From Chrysomallon squamiferum (taxonomy: Eukaryota; Animalia; Mollusca), in contig CM022668.1 in NCBI GenBank assembly GCA_012295275.1, positions 16,058,001-16,122,000 on the forward strand: a DNA stretch of 64,000 nucleotides, written 5' to 3'. The position numbers and the translations under genes are program-made. How positions within the stretch are numbered: the stretch's first letter is position 1; each line of letters opens with the position of its first letter. This document shows, piece by piece, positions 43,421 through 56,693 of this stretch. Under the pieces are notes generated by a model, which saw only the letters and a list, made by a program, of their open reading frames with translations, did not search any database and was not told the origin of the DNA.

Positions 43421-45447
43421 GTGTGAAACTTAGAATAGACAGAGATGTCGAAAGTTTTCGTCCATACATTACAAGTAAAACGTAAATGAAAACGTTTTAG
43501 TGAAGGAATACAGAGTTATAATAATAACGGAAGAAAGAAAAGAAATGTTTTAGAGTTATCTTGATAACTGAGAAATAAATAGATATTAAGTTTGTACTCC
43601 TTTTGCAGATACACACAGCACACTGACAAACCGTAGAAGAGATCATAAATTCAATTATGTATTCTTTAGAAGAAGAAGAAGAAGAAGAAAGAAGAAGAAA
43701 AGGAACAAAATCATGTTCATCCCATGTCACTTCATTTTCAAAGTGTTTAATGTTCCAGTAAAATGTTTGCTCTCTGATACGCACCCCTGACCATTACCGA
43801 CAATAGCTGACTCTCGACAATACATAAATTTACGTAACTAAATAAAAGTGACCGACATTGTTTGACTTTAATACCATCTGTCAGACTGCCGCCGAGACGC
43901 GCTGAAGTGAGAAGAGCTTTCCAATCGCCAGGAAAACCTGTGTACACATACATTGAAACAGATCGCAGTCTCTTAGCCATCTCGCGCTTGCCAAAAACCG
44001 TCACAATTTCCGGTCCGTGTTTACCCATCGCGAACAGTTCCGTGGCGGAACGTTTCCAGTAATTGTAACGGTACCGTCCGATTTGTGACTCGTCCTTTTC
44101 CTTTTACAGGCGTTGCACCGACGTAAGTGCACTTGCCAGTCCTGTTCAGTCTACTTATTTTGCAGTGATGGAGCGCTGCTGCATCTAGAAAGAAACATGA
44201 TTGTATTATTCGTATTGCTGTTACTGGTAACTGATACCCGTTATTTATATGACATGTAGTAACTGAGTTAAAGTGGGTTGAACAGAATTTTAGTAGATGA
44301 TCAGTTCCAGTCGTTTTACGTCAAAGTTATTTCTTTGTCAAGATTGATCACAGTAGATTTAATACACAAAATTGTTTAAATATTTTATTAATAAAGCTAG
44401 TATTCTATCTTTTTTTTTCTTTTCTTTTTTTTATATATCTCTAGATTCGACTGTTGCATCAAAACCTGTTAGAATTTGCTGATAATGTGGATGTATAACA
44501 AATGGGGAAATTGTAGGTGTAAAACAGACAAGAAATAAAAATGTGTTCCAAACGGAAATAACAGAATGAAAACGATCAGAGAAACAGCACGTGTTTTCAA
44601 CATGACTGAAACATTTTAACTTGCCTCCACTAAAACTGTCACGCGAATAATAATAACACTTTCAATAATGTGGATTTCTGTGTGAAAATGAAACCTCGAA
44701 AACTCACGTTTTCAAAGCAGCACGGGTCATAACGTCAAAAGATTTAGGGGCCCTGACACTTAAGCTTTATTAGTTCCATAATAGATCCGCCCCTACTGCT
44801 TGTAACCCAGATGTATTCATCAGTAGCTGTACGTTCCTGCGGTCTCTGATTAAGGCCATATTGTGTTGCTATGAGACAACACTGTTCCTTTATCAAACAA
44901 TTTACGAGTTATAACCAGGAGTACGTTTCACACTTTGTCGTTACACTTAGAGCTTAAAACATCATTTGTCTCTAGTTATAGTTTCCTTGGGGCAATGATT
45001 GTTCCGAAAAGCAGTTAAGACCTTCAGAATTGTCTTCGGATTGTCCCCAAATTGACGTCATATTGTGTTGAAGAAAAAAAAAAAAAATGACAGAGTAATT
45101 TACACTGGTAATGGAACGAAGCTGACAACAGGAGAGCGCACACGTGACGATAGCTCATTAGGTCATCCCCAAAGTCCGTGGAATATGCTGTCTTGTTTTG
45201 AAAAAAAGTAAAATTTATGAAGATTGTTACAAAAGTTTCGTTGCTGCTAAATGATTAAGAATACTTTATTAGTTGATATTCTTCATTTTTGTTGTAGCTG
45301 TTGGCAACAAAATCTAAACAGACGTCAGCATATTAAATATTTATATTTTTATACTAATAATTCTATATATTATTTTTGATAACAAAGAATGTGTCTTAAT
45401 ACAGAAAGGCTTTACTTCGTTGCTTTTTTTTTTTTTTTTTTTTTGGG

Positions 45448-45483
<36 letters not shown>

Positions 45484-46059
45484 ATTGATTTAAGGTAATA
45501 TATTTTAATCACATAATTATTAACCAAATTACATCAGAACATACAACTTACAGAACTGAACAAAATTATCAATATTTTATTACCAACAATTTAAAATATA
45601 TTTAAAAGCACAACCATAATTTCAATCCAACGAACATTCAGATTTCAGTTAAACACCCTAATTCCGATCACATTAGATATTCCAGATAAAGACTGATGCG
45701 CTATTCAATATGACAGCATAACCGATATGACTAAAACCCAAGATGCCAGTAATAGTTACACGTCATAATAATTCGTCAAAATGTGGCGCCATCGGTGATC
45801 GGAGGAATACGCCAAAAACAAAAGATTACGGATTACGTTTGGTCGTACCTTCTCGACGACCAATCGATAAAGGGAACGAAGTGTTGTTTGGCGAGATAGT
45901 GCAGTAGATAAATAAAGCAGGCGAAGCTTAGTTTGTCAGTGTAACATCAGCTGTGAGTTTTTAACAGTCTCTCATCAGTCGACATCTTGTAATTATTGAC
46001 TCTCGATTCGTTAAACTCTCGCTGCTGTTGATGCTTCTGTTATTACAAATCCCGCTGCC

Positions 46060-47100
46060 ACAATTACTATGCTGCTACCACTATGCTACTACTACTATTA
46101 TTACAATTATTATTACTATAACTAACATTTTCTGCTTCTACTACTACAACTGCTACTGCATCTACTACTACGATTACTACTGATACTACTATTATTATCG
46201 ATACTACTATTGTTGCTGCTGCTGCTACTGTTACTATTACAATACTACTAGTAGTTACTACTCCTACTACTACTTCTATCACGACCACCACTACTATTGA
46301 TACTATAAATTACTAATGACAACAACTATTAATTAGCACTCCTTCGCTACCTCAGCTACTACAGCGACTGTGCTACTGCTGCTACCATACACTATCATTG
46401 TAACTATCACCACCAACACTTGCACTACATAATTATGTACTACCAGTATTAACGATGCTCCTTTTTCTTCAGCTACAGTTGCTGTTGTTATTGTTGCTAC
46501 GCCTACTATAACAACTATTACTACTACTACTACTACTACTAGTACTACTACTATTATTATTCTACTACTACTATTCTAATGCTACTAATGCTATGTTGTT
46601 AGAAGTATTGTACTGTTAACGTATACGAAATCCTAAATCTAAAGTTATGTTAAAGAGCTAGGCTGTACTTTGTAATTTATTATTGTTGTTGTTGCTGTTG
46701 TTGTTGTTACTGTACTAATACTATTATCACCACTATTTACTAATATTCTCACCATTATTATACCACTGTTGCTATTACTACTACAATACTTACCACCATT
46801 ATTATTACGATATTTAATACTGTTACTGCTATATACAATATTTTCTACTACTATTATGCCTATATATATATTTACTATTGCTATTACTGTTATATATTTA
46901 CTTTATATATACAATATGTACATCTAATACATTGTTTCTAGCTTCGCTACTTCTATTAATACTACAACTACTGTTACAACAACCAATACTATTGCTGATA
47001 ATACTACAACAACAACTACTGCAACAAGAACAACAAAGTCTGCAGCAATACTTTACAACTACGGCTACGGCTACTGCTAATGTTGTCGTTAACTGGCAAC
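46060..47100. repeat. Degenerate compound trinucleotide low-complexity tract (TAC/TAT/TGC/CAA)
   Basis: About 1 kb of decayed triplet repeats. A similar tract lies at 34965-35340. Confidence 0.85.
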
Positions 47101-47321
47101 TACAACTGGCGGGACGTGTGGACGTTCTGACGTGTTCTGCAATTTAGATGATTTCTCTCTGGACTGTGGCAGTTCTTACACCTTTTAGCGTTACGTGATT
47201 GCCTCACATTTACTGCAGATCAAACGAGGTAGACAGACGAACAGCCAGACAGACGTATATTTTATTAATGCATCTCTCTCTAGTGAAAAATTACAGACAG
47301 CGAGAAAGAGAATGGTATAGG

Positions 47322-47436
<115 letters not shown>

Positions 47437-47800
47437 TATTGCAAGTTAAAAACATTATATTCAATACAAAAACAAAGCATTACGGGTTAGTAGATTTTAA
47501 AACTAAATTTCAAGAATAAATTATGGAAGCATAGTCATGTATGTATGTGTGTGTGACTGTGTGTGTGTGAGTGTGTGTGTGTGTGTGTGTGTGTAATTAA
47601 TATGTTTGTACGTATCTATGATTTGTATATTGACACACACAATGTATACTTATTATGCAATAAGTAAGTGAACTAAGGAAGACAATAAAACGATGTATAA
47701 ATTATACTAATTTATGTCTTTTTCTAACACAATAACCCATTTTCTTTCATACCTAACAATTGCGATTCCCTGATAGAAAACAAGAACCAGTACTATTTGT

Positions 47801-47864
<64 letters not shown>

Positions 47865-48124
47865 AACTACTGCTAATAATAAAATAACAATATGATGATG
47901 TTGACAGTGACGATGACGACGGTGATGATGATGACAACTATTAAAATGATTAAAGTAAGGTTTAATAAAAATGTAAAATAATTAATGACACATTACTCAA
48001 TATCTGCGCGGAATTATCACTAAAATGCTACTACTACTACTACTAATATTATTATTAAGGTTATTATTATTATTACTACTATTACAGTTACTACTACTGC
48101 CTACTATTACCATTATTATTACTA

Positions 48125-48464
48125 CAGGTACCAGACCAATTATCCGGCATCCTGAAATCCGGAAAGGCCAGAAAACCGGAAGTTTTTTTTTCCCGACGCT
48201 ATTTTCATAGATCGCGCGCGCGGTTGTTGTCCTCGCCAGACCGGAACTATTGTTTCAAGCCGCGTGGCTTTCATTCACTCGCCGCATTGTTTACGTGTCG
48301 AGTCGCCACAGTTGTGTATCGTCAATTTTTTTTATATTTTTAATTTTAAAATGTTTATGCCTAAATATTTACGTATTTAGATGCCCTAGGTACCAGAAAC
48401 CGGAATATCAAGAAATCCGGAAGCCTCAGGCCCCAAGGAGCCCGGATAATTGGTCCGGTACCTG
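48125..48464. mobile_element. 340-bp MITE of the Tc1/mariner-pogo (Tigger-like) superfamily
   Basis: 23-bp TIRs CAGGTACCAGACCAATTATCCGG and CCGGATAATTGGTCCGGTACCTG (1 mismatch), TA on both flanks, no coding capacity. Confidence 0.92.
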
Positions 48465-49865
48465 TATTACTATTACTACTACAGCTGCTACTATTATTAT
48501 TACTATTATTATTATTTCTAGTATTACTATTATACTATTACTTCTATTTTTTATGGATAAGTAGTGGGAAAAAAAAAAAAAAAATGACTAGACTAAGAGT
48601 ACAAATTAAAATACATTATCGTCACAAAAGAAAAGAGCAAAAATCTCTTTTATTTATAATCACTGCTCTTTTGCCAACAGCACGAACGTAATTTCCGTCC
48701 CATTTGCCACAGACACTTTTCAGGTTAATTATAGGCAGATGAAAATTCCTTAACTGTAACAGGGTTACCAATGTGAGGCAAGCTTTTATCATAGACATGA
48801 CTTTAAATGGCTTAGCTTTTGACACACTAAACATATTAGCCCCGTTGTCTCTAATTTGGCGACTGAAGGCGCAACATCGTTCCAATAAACTGCTGCATGT
48901 TGTTTCGTCGCCAGACATCGATTTCCCATTTAGGCTCTCCGCCTTAAAGATGGTGCGCGGACAGGAAGGAGAGATTAACGACATACATCTTATTGATCAG
49001 CGAGACGTTATCGTTTATGCATTGATGTTGCGTAATAAAAAAAACACACCCAAACACAACCCATAAACACACAACCAAAAAACAACAATAAAACAAAACA
49101 AAACAACAACATCAAACAAACAAACAAACACATACGCACAACAACAACAACAACAACAAAAAAAAGAAAACAAAAAAAGAAGAAGAAAAAAAACACATAT
49201 ATACAAATCTCGTTCGTTTTATGTTTTAATCTTTTAACTATTCATTTTGATTTTCTTGAGCAAACAATGTTAATAATCATTTATTATTATCATTTAATGG
49301 AATTGCAAACTAAATTATTAATAGACTCGATTCAATGCAAATTTTCAAAAGGGAAATAACTAGTAAACAAATTATATTTTCACTACAAATGAATATAATT
49401 ATTGGCATTCAAATCCGTGAAATGAATTCAGAATGTGAATTCGTTGCCATGCCTACGTGTTTCATAACAGACTTTTCAGTAAACAAAAGCCACTGCTGGC
49501 AAAATGTAAAATTAATTACATCTTGTTATTCCTCGAGCACCAAGTAATATACTAATTCGTTGAAAGTAATTTTCATTCAAATCGAAGTTTAGAACACACA
49601 GTGCTTTTCCGTGTCATGTTAATTTGTTTACGCTAGCATTTGTTTAATTAAGGCAAGATATTTCAGTTATCTTTCAGAAATTGTATACGTGCTTGTAATA
49701 AAGGATAAAATAATTTTTTTAAACAATAAAAAATTACTTTTAGTAAGTGTAATATTTACATTTAACCTCTACGAAGATATACAGGAAAAATTACATTGTT
49801 AATCAGTCAAATTATAAATGAAATAGTTCTATATTAAAAAATTAAATAAACAATAAATAAATGAT

Positions 49866-49904
<39 letters not shown>

Positions 49905-50135
49905 AATAATAATAATAAAAATTACAAAGTACAGTTGGTAGCTCTTTAACAGAACTTTAGTTTTGATTTAGGACATCGCATAGGTTAACAGTAGACTACT
50001 TCTAAATGAAAACATTACTTCAGATTTACCATTAATTGCTGTAGTTTCTGGACATAATAAAGTGAACACCAGTGCTTCAATACTTCATCATACACATACG
50101 CATTGTCAGACTAGTAACAACAACAAAATAACTGA

Positions 50136-50200
<65 letters not shown>

Positions 50201-50676
50201 CACATTGCTTTTTACAGATAAAAATAATTACTTAGAAAACAAATTTGTAACGTCGTTTCTTCGCTTTTGGGATTTATTCAGGGGAAAGAATTCATTGCCG
50301 TTTATATACTAATGATATGAAGAGTTATTGACCTTCGTTAATATTTGTGTCGTCTACAGAATGTATTGATTAGATGTGTGCGATCGTGTATGTACACACT
50401 TGTTAAACACACCAACAAACACATATATACACATACAAACACGAATATACCCAAACAACAACACAATAAAATAAATACAAATATACTGAGATTAATTATG
50501 TATTTAAAGACTTTAATAAATAAATAAATAAAAATAAAAATAAAAAAGATTGGGAGAGATAAATTAAAATGAGTAAAATTTACTTAAAAATGTACGAATA
50601 TAAAAAAATTTTGAAGATATATTCATGTTTTAAATAAGCTGTATTTTACATTCACTAAATGTATTCTACATTGCAT

Positions 50677-50685
50677 ACCGGAAGT
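50677..50685 (+). promoter_or_regulatory. ETS-type motif ACCGGAAGT in the PLEKHA8 proximal promoter
   Basis: Perfect ETS/GABP consensus ~100 bp upstream of the ATG, typical of housekeeping promoters. Confidence 0.5.
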
Positions 50686-50781
50686 TGGGACGATTTTAAT
50701 GGAAACATATTTCGTTTGGGTTCTACTAAGACGTAACACTAAAAAGAAAACGGTCTTCTGTCGACGTTTGACAACAAAAAT

Positions 50782-50821
50782 ATGGAAGGTGTGTTATGGA
50801 AGTGGACCAACTATCTTTCTG
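50782..50821 (+). CDS. PLEKHA8: PLEKHA8/FAPP2 exon 1 (PH domain start)
   Basis: aaaaatATG; reads MEGVLWKWTNYLS(G), the FAPP-family N-terminus. Donor G|gtaatt, phase 1. Confidence 0.93.
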
Positions 50822-51490
50822 GTAATTATCAGGCTATGAATTCTAATACATTAGTGCAATTGCTATATGTCAGGATGGAGATGAGCCAATACCAGAAATA
50901 ATTTTTAAGAAAAATTTCTTATTAACAGCAATTTTTGTTGTTATAGCTCTCCCAAAGAACATTATAATGATTATTTTAATATATATTATTAAGATACTTG
51001 AATTTACTTCTAAGTAAACTCGACCGTATGTCACATATACCAGTCCTTTCTTCAGCAGACACTTAAACTAATTAGTAAGTGACAGGTAGAAGGTACGTGT
51101 TTAGTAATTTCATCACATTAAATGATTAATTACACTGTTATAAATTTAATGTTTCGTCCTTAAAATAAAATATTTAATCATTCAAATAATGGGACATAGT
51201 ATTAACTGTATTTTAGATCGAACTCAAAATTAAGTGGTTTTTCATTAATATTTTTTTCTTCTTAAATCATTATTCATTATATTGTCGGTCAAACAAATTT
51301 ATTATTTGAGTCATATATTTTTATAACTGTGTAACGTAATTGTCAAGCATTACTGTATTTTTTAAGTATTTGCATTCAGAATTTTTTTATAATTTTTGAG
51401 ACATGTGAAAAAAACATCAAACTGAATCTACATCTTTCTCAGTAGAATATTTAATTTTTGTTATTATTTTAAAATATATTTTTTGCACAG

Positions 51491-51607
51491 GTTGGCAGCC
51501 ACGTTGGTTTGTGTTGGACAATGGTGTTTTGTCATATTACAAATCACAAGAAGATGTTGACAATGGATGTAAAGGATCTATAAAGATGAATGTTTGTGAT
51601 ATTGTTG
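51491..51607 (+). CDS. PLEKHA8: PLEKHA8 exon 2 (PH domain)
   Basis: gcacag|; reads (G)[38 protein letters not shown]; G|gtaatt; phase 1-1. Confidence 0.95.
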
Positions 51608-51667
51608 GTAATTATAAATATTACTTAAAATTAAAAATGCATAATTGTTCTTGGAAATATCAGATTC

Positions 51668-51725
<58 letters not shown>

Positions 51726-51982
51726 TAATCTCTCTGTCTAAAATGCACACACAGATACACATATTATCTTCTCTGTGAGTTTCTCTCTCAGTATATAAAC
51801 ACACATATATAGACAAACACCACAAAAAAATATCATAAATTTAACGTCATACAAACAACATTAAAAAAAAAAAAAAAACCCCAAAAACCCAGATCAGCAG
51901 TAAAATTATAAAATATATTTACTTACATTATTTAACATATCAATTAAAATATTTCTGTTAATTGTTTATTTTTATTTTCCAG

Positions 51983-52141
51983 TGCACCCGACAGACCACG
52001 CGCGACTGGACCTGATAATCCCAGGAGAGCAGCACTACTATGTGAAAGCTGCGACAGCGAAGGAGAGGCAGGAGTGGCTGGTGGCGTTGGGCAGCGCAAA
52101 GGCAACGTCAGTCAGCCTCGGCAGACAAGGCTCGGATTCGG
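51983..52141 (+). CDS. PLEKHA8: PLEKHA8 exon 3 (PH domain end)
   Basis: ttccag|; reads (V)HPTDHARLDLIIPGEQHYYVKAATAKERQEWLVALGSAKATSVSLGRQGSDS; weak donor G|gtcatt; phase 1-1. Confidence 0.92.
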
Positions 52142-52770
52142 GTCATTTTCTAGTTTTTAAATTTTCATAGAGTTTAAAATTATTTTCTTCTTTTTCTCGT
52201 CTTTGTTTCTTTATTTGTTCTATTTCTTTTCGTAAATTTAATTATTTTTTATATTTAAGTTTATTTTTTTTTAATAATTACTTAATATATTCTGAATTGC
52301 TTGTTAATTTATTTATTTATTTATTTATTTTTTTTTATTTATTTATTTTCTTTTTGTTTTAATCATTACTTAATATTTTTGGAGTGATTTTAATTTTATA
52401 TGTCATATATTTTTATTTATTATTATTTTGTTTTTATCTTTTTGTTTATATATTCGATCTATAATGCAGTTAATGCTATGATCCATTATTTGAAAACTCT
52501 GATTTGAAAATTTCAAATTGTTTCTTACAAAAAATACAGTATCCATTTGAAAGGTGAATAAAAAGTGAAGAACAACAACAAACAAATAATAACATTTTTT
52601 ATAAAAAAAACATTCCTCAACAAAACAAACAACATTTTTGTCTTTTTCTATAAAAAAAATGGGCGAGACTCTGAAACATTCTATTTTGTATTTATTACTG
52701 ACTGTGAATTAGAATTCACTACCCTGAAAGATTATTTTATTTTATTTTATTTTTTGTTTATTTTTGACAG

Positions 52771-52895
52771 GTGATATTCTAGCAGACAGTGTACGATCAA
52801 AGAAATCCGAACTTCGACTTTACTGTGATCTTCTTATGCAGCAGGTTCATTCAGTGAAAATGGCCATCAGCAAAGACCAGCAACCAGATGTTAAG
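52771..52895 (+). CDS. PLEKHA8: PLEKHA8 exon 4
   Basis: tgacag|; reads (G)DILADSVRSKKSELRLYCDLLMQQVHSVKMAISKDQQPDVK, with the FAPP-conserved SELRLYCDLLMQQV; phase 1-0. Confidence 0.93.
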
Positions 52896-53172
52896 GTTTT
52901 CTTGAAAACTATTTTACTTTCTGTATCCATCAGTCTGTACACGTACCTCTCTACATATCTGTCTGTCTGTCCATCTCTCAGAAATAAGAGAACAGTAGAC
53001 ATGTTTTCATTAAAAAAAAAATCTCACTTACTCAAAAATGTTGACAGATGTCACAGGCAACTCCAGGGGATATGTCTATCTTTCTCTGTTTCTGTTTGTG
53101 TTTTGTCTCTGACTCTCAGACTGTCTGTCTCTCTGTCTGTCTGTCTGTTTATCGTGATGTTATTTTTGACAG

Positions 53173-53331
53173 AGTTTAGATGAAGCGACGTCACTGCTGA
53201 GTGCCACGTGCGACACGTTTATCCAGACGCTGGAGGAGTGCATGAAGATAGCGCAGACTGTGAATGTGTACGAGACTCATCACGTCATAGACTCCCCCAT
53301 TCCTCCCTCCCCCACCAGCATCACCAGACGT
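53173..53331 (+). CDS. PLEKHA8: PLEKHA8 exon 5
   Basis: tgacag|; reads SLDEATSLLSATCDTFIQTLEECMKIAQ...PPSPTSITRR, with the FAPP-conserved LLSATCxTFIxTLEECM; donor |gttagt; phase 0-0. Confidence 0.9.
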
Positions 53332-53693
53332 GTTAGTAGTCTTTTCTTGATGGTCTTTAATTTATATGTGTTTTATTATTATTATTTTTTTCTCGGTATG
53401 AAACCAGCATTGATACATTTTTTTTTTTATATTATTCTCTTAGTAAATGATGAAAATATTGCAGTGAATAAATATTTTTAAAACATTGTTTATTTTAGAA
53501 ATAGTGTATGATAATGATAAGATCATCATCTTTTCTATTAATAATATCCTTGAATGAGTTTTGTTTAGGTTTGAAGTGATTGCCTATTTTAAATTTTATT
53601 TATTTATTTATTTTTGTATGTATTTTGGATATCTAATGAGATATTTGTAAATATAAATACGTTAAGAATGTTTTATTTATTAACTGTTTTCAG

Positions 53694-53731
53694 GGATCAA
53701 GAAATGTACCCTGGTTAAATTCCTCAGAAAA
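53694..53731 (+). CDS. PLEKHA8: PLEKHA8 exon 6 (38-nt small exon)
   Basis: ttttcag|GSRNVPWLNSSE(K)|gtaagt. Phase 0-2 is exactly what is needed to join exons 5 and 7. Confidence 0.8.
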
Positions 53732-54110
53732 GTAAGTGCTTTTTTTTTTTTCTATATATTTAAAAATTATTTTTTATGCACATAATAACTTAATTACATG
53801 ATGTCTCAGATATTTAAATATGATATCTTTTATAGAAATCTATCACTTTGTATGTCATTTAACATATTAAAATACATTATTTTGAATTCAAATATTTTTG
53901 TTTACTTTAGCTCAGGTTTGATCACAGTATTTACCATAACAGTACTGCATCCTGAAATGTTATTAATTGCTGTTAACTAATTTTTGTAATTGAACTTGAA
54001 CCACATCCTGGTTAAGATATAAAAAAAAAAAAAATCCCAATCATTTAAATCTGTGTCAAAAAGTGTCTAAAATTAAAATGATTTTCTCTGTTGTTTCAAA
54101 CTTTACACAG

Positions 54111-54425
54111 ACCTCGATCAGCACGTCAGAGTCATTCCAGTCTTTCAGAAAACATCTCCAGACACAGAGCCAGGACAGTGTCTGAGAGTGCTTACACTGA
54201 CCACTCAGTGCTGGAGATGACCAACGGAGCAGTCCAGCCAAAGCCCCACTCAGTGAGCTCAGTAAAGGAAGATAACTCCAAGCTGTCGCTGCGCAGTCTG
54301 TCAGACAGTGGGCTAGAGTTGTCTGCCAGTCAGCCTGTTGCTAAGGAAGTGGATGGTGGGTCAGATGAATTCAAAGATGCAATTGACAGCAAACTGCCTA
54401 CTTTCTTCTCAGAAATGTCTCCCAG
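54111..54425 (+). CDS. PLEKHA8: PLEKHA8 exon 7 (Ser-rich linker to start of GLTP domain)
   Basis: acacag|; reads PRSARQSH...DAIDSKLPTFFSEMSP, where TFFS marks the start of the FAPP2 GLTP domain; AG|gtatct; phase 2-2. Confidence 0.9.
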
Positions 54426-55135
54426 GTATCTCAGTACTGGTTCATCAGCTCATATTTACGTATCAGTAACTGATGTTACGTAGTCATTACATTTTAATTA
54501 ATCAGTCTGATTCTTTATTCATTAATATTGTAGCACAGTAGCGCCCCCTTGTGACATTATTGCAACACAAGGTGGTGGTAAAAGCAAATATAACATTATA
54601 AGTGTTTAAAACTACACTACACAGTCTGTCATAGTTCTATCATAGTGTAAATTCAACATTACAAATTATTTATAACGTAAACACTTATAACTACACAACA
54701 GAATCAGTCGTATTTCTGTTTTAATATAAAATTTTATTTGAAATTGGGCATTGAAAAAAATAAAAGGTTAAGAATCATTGTTTTAAATGATGTTAATTGT
54801 TAATTATTTATCCTGAATATTTTAATTCTTGTAGTAAATCTTTTTCTTTACTGATCAGTATTTGAAATCATGTCCTTGAATTCTAAATGACGTTATGTGG
54901 TCTATTCTGCTCTATCTATTGGCCAAACTATATATAAAATCATTTGATGCTAATGAAAATATCTAGTTTTGATCAAAATCCAGATATCCTGTAACAGCCT
55001 ACATTAAAATTTAAATATTGTGCCACTTGATGTTTTTTTAATTACAACACACATTTGGACAGTAATGATATCTTTAATTGTAACAGATATTTTCATCAGT
55101 TTGTTGAATTTTAATATTAATTTTTAATTTAAAAG

Positions 55136-55221
55136 TTTTACAGATCTCATGATGAAAGAAGATAACAGTATTCCTGTTGAACCCTTTTTAGATGCCTGCA
55201 GATCTTTGCTTCCATTGTTTG
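55136..55221 (+). CDS. PLEKHA8: PLEKHA8 exon 8 (GLTP domain)
   Basis: aaaag|; reads (S)FTDLMMKEDNSIPVEPFLDACRSLLPLF; G|gtgagg; phase 2-1. Confidence 0.87.
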
Positions 55222-55606
55222 GTGAGGCTTTTTTTTTATTTAGAAAAAGAAATTACACAGCTCTAATAATATCCAAGGTAGTTTTCATAACTTTTAACTT
55301 AAGAACATCTCAAATATTTTCAAATGCCAAGAAATAGAAAAGTGGATATTTTTTATATGTTAATATGTTAACACATTTTGTTTCTGTCTATTTCAACAAG
55401 AGCTGATCTGTCATTTGTAAATACTTCTATTTTTAAATATTTGTATATATTTTGGAATCACTTGGTTAATAAAACATCTTGTGTGACACAGAGTAGACTG
55501 CATGATTGTGTAGACACTTCACAAATCAGTTAAGTTATTTTAGCTAAGGTTTAATAATCTGATGTTTTCATTCAAATCATTGGTTTTGCCGCCTTACAAT
55601 TTACAG

Positions 55607-55665
55607 ATAAACTACACAGTACAGCGTTTGCTCCTGTGAAAATGGATTTTGCAGGAAATGTTAAA
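55607..55665 (+). CDS. PLEKHA8: PLEKHA8 exon 9 (GLTP domain)
   Basis: ttacag|; reads (D)KLHSTAFAPVKMDFAGNVK, with the FAPVKxDxxGNxxK motif; |gtgagt; phase 1-0. Confidence 0.93.
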
Positions 55666-56034
55666 GTGAGTGAGTTGTTTTCATAAACAGACACATACTT
55701 CTAGAGTGATAGAGTGAATCCAGGATGTCAGACTGAATGGACGTTATTGTTTTACAGTAATATACAAAATTAAATTAATTTCATTATTAACCAAAAAAAA
55801 AGCTTGTTAGCCAGAAAGTTACAACTGTATTTTTTTGTTTGTTTCTCCACATCTACAGATTACTGATAAATGATTGTGCGTACACATTTTAATATTAACT
55901 AATATTGGTTATATGAAAAAAAAGAATCTTGTTGCATCCATTCCAGGGCTTTTCTTGTTGAATTTTACATTGTTGAATGTTACATTCGGTTAGTTGAATG
56001 TTATGTAGATCTTTCAATTTTATTATTTTTTCAG

Positions 56035-56165
56035 AAAATCGAACACAAACACTCTACAAATAAGGAGGTGTTTGAAACACTGCAGAAGATGGTGTTGTAT
56101 GAAGTAGACCACAGACAATACACAGACTCAAACTCTGCCACAGTCGCAATTCTGTGGTTGAAGAG
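56035..56165 (+). CDS. PLEKHA8: PLEKHA8 exon 10 (GLTP domain)
   Basis: tttcag|; reads KIEHKHSTNKEVFETLQKMVLYEVDHRQYTDSNSATVAILWLK(R), with the SATxAxLWLKR motif; AG|gtgagc; phase 0-2. Confidence 0.94.
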
Positions 56166-56693
56166 GTGAGCAGTTTAATATTTCTCTTTAAATATATTTT
56201 AATACAAATGTATATTTTTAATTTTTGTTTTTTTTTAATCAAATGTTCTAATGATTTCTTGTTATCTTTTTAATTTTTATTTTTATTTTTTGATGTTAGA
56301 AATGAAAAAAAAAAAAATTTGAATAGTATTTTAATAATACATATTATTTAATATATTGTAATACATAGTTCTCTTTTAATATATTTTAATATATATTTTA
56401 ATATAATTTTAACAAATATTTATGCTTATTAAGTTTTAATGTTCTTTTTTTTAATAATTTTTTTTTTTTTTTAATACATATTTATTATATTCTAATGCAT
56501 ATTTCAGTTTTAATGTAATATATAATTTTAATATAATTTTATAATACACCTTGCAGTTTTACTGTTTCTGGTTTTAACATATATTTTTACATAATTTAGT
56601 TTGAATATTGTTTTAGTACAAAGTTAACTTTTAATGTTGTTGTTTTTTTATTACATAATTTAGTTTTAATATTCGTTTTAATACATATTTCAG

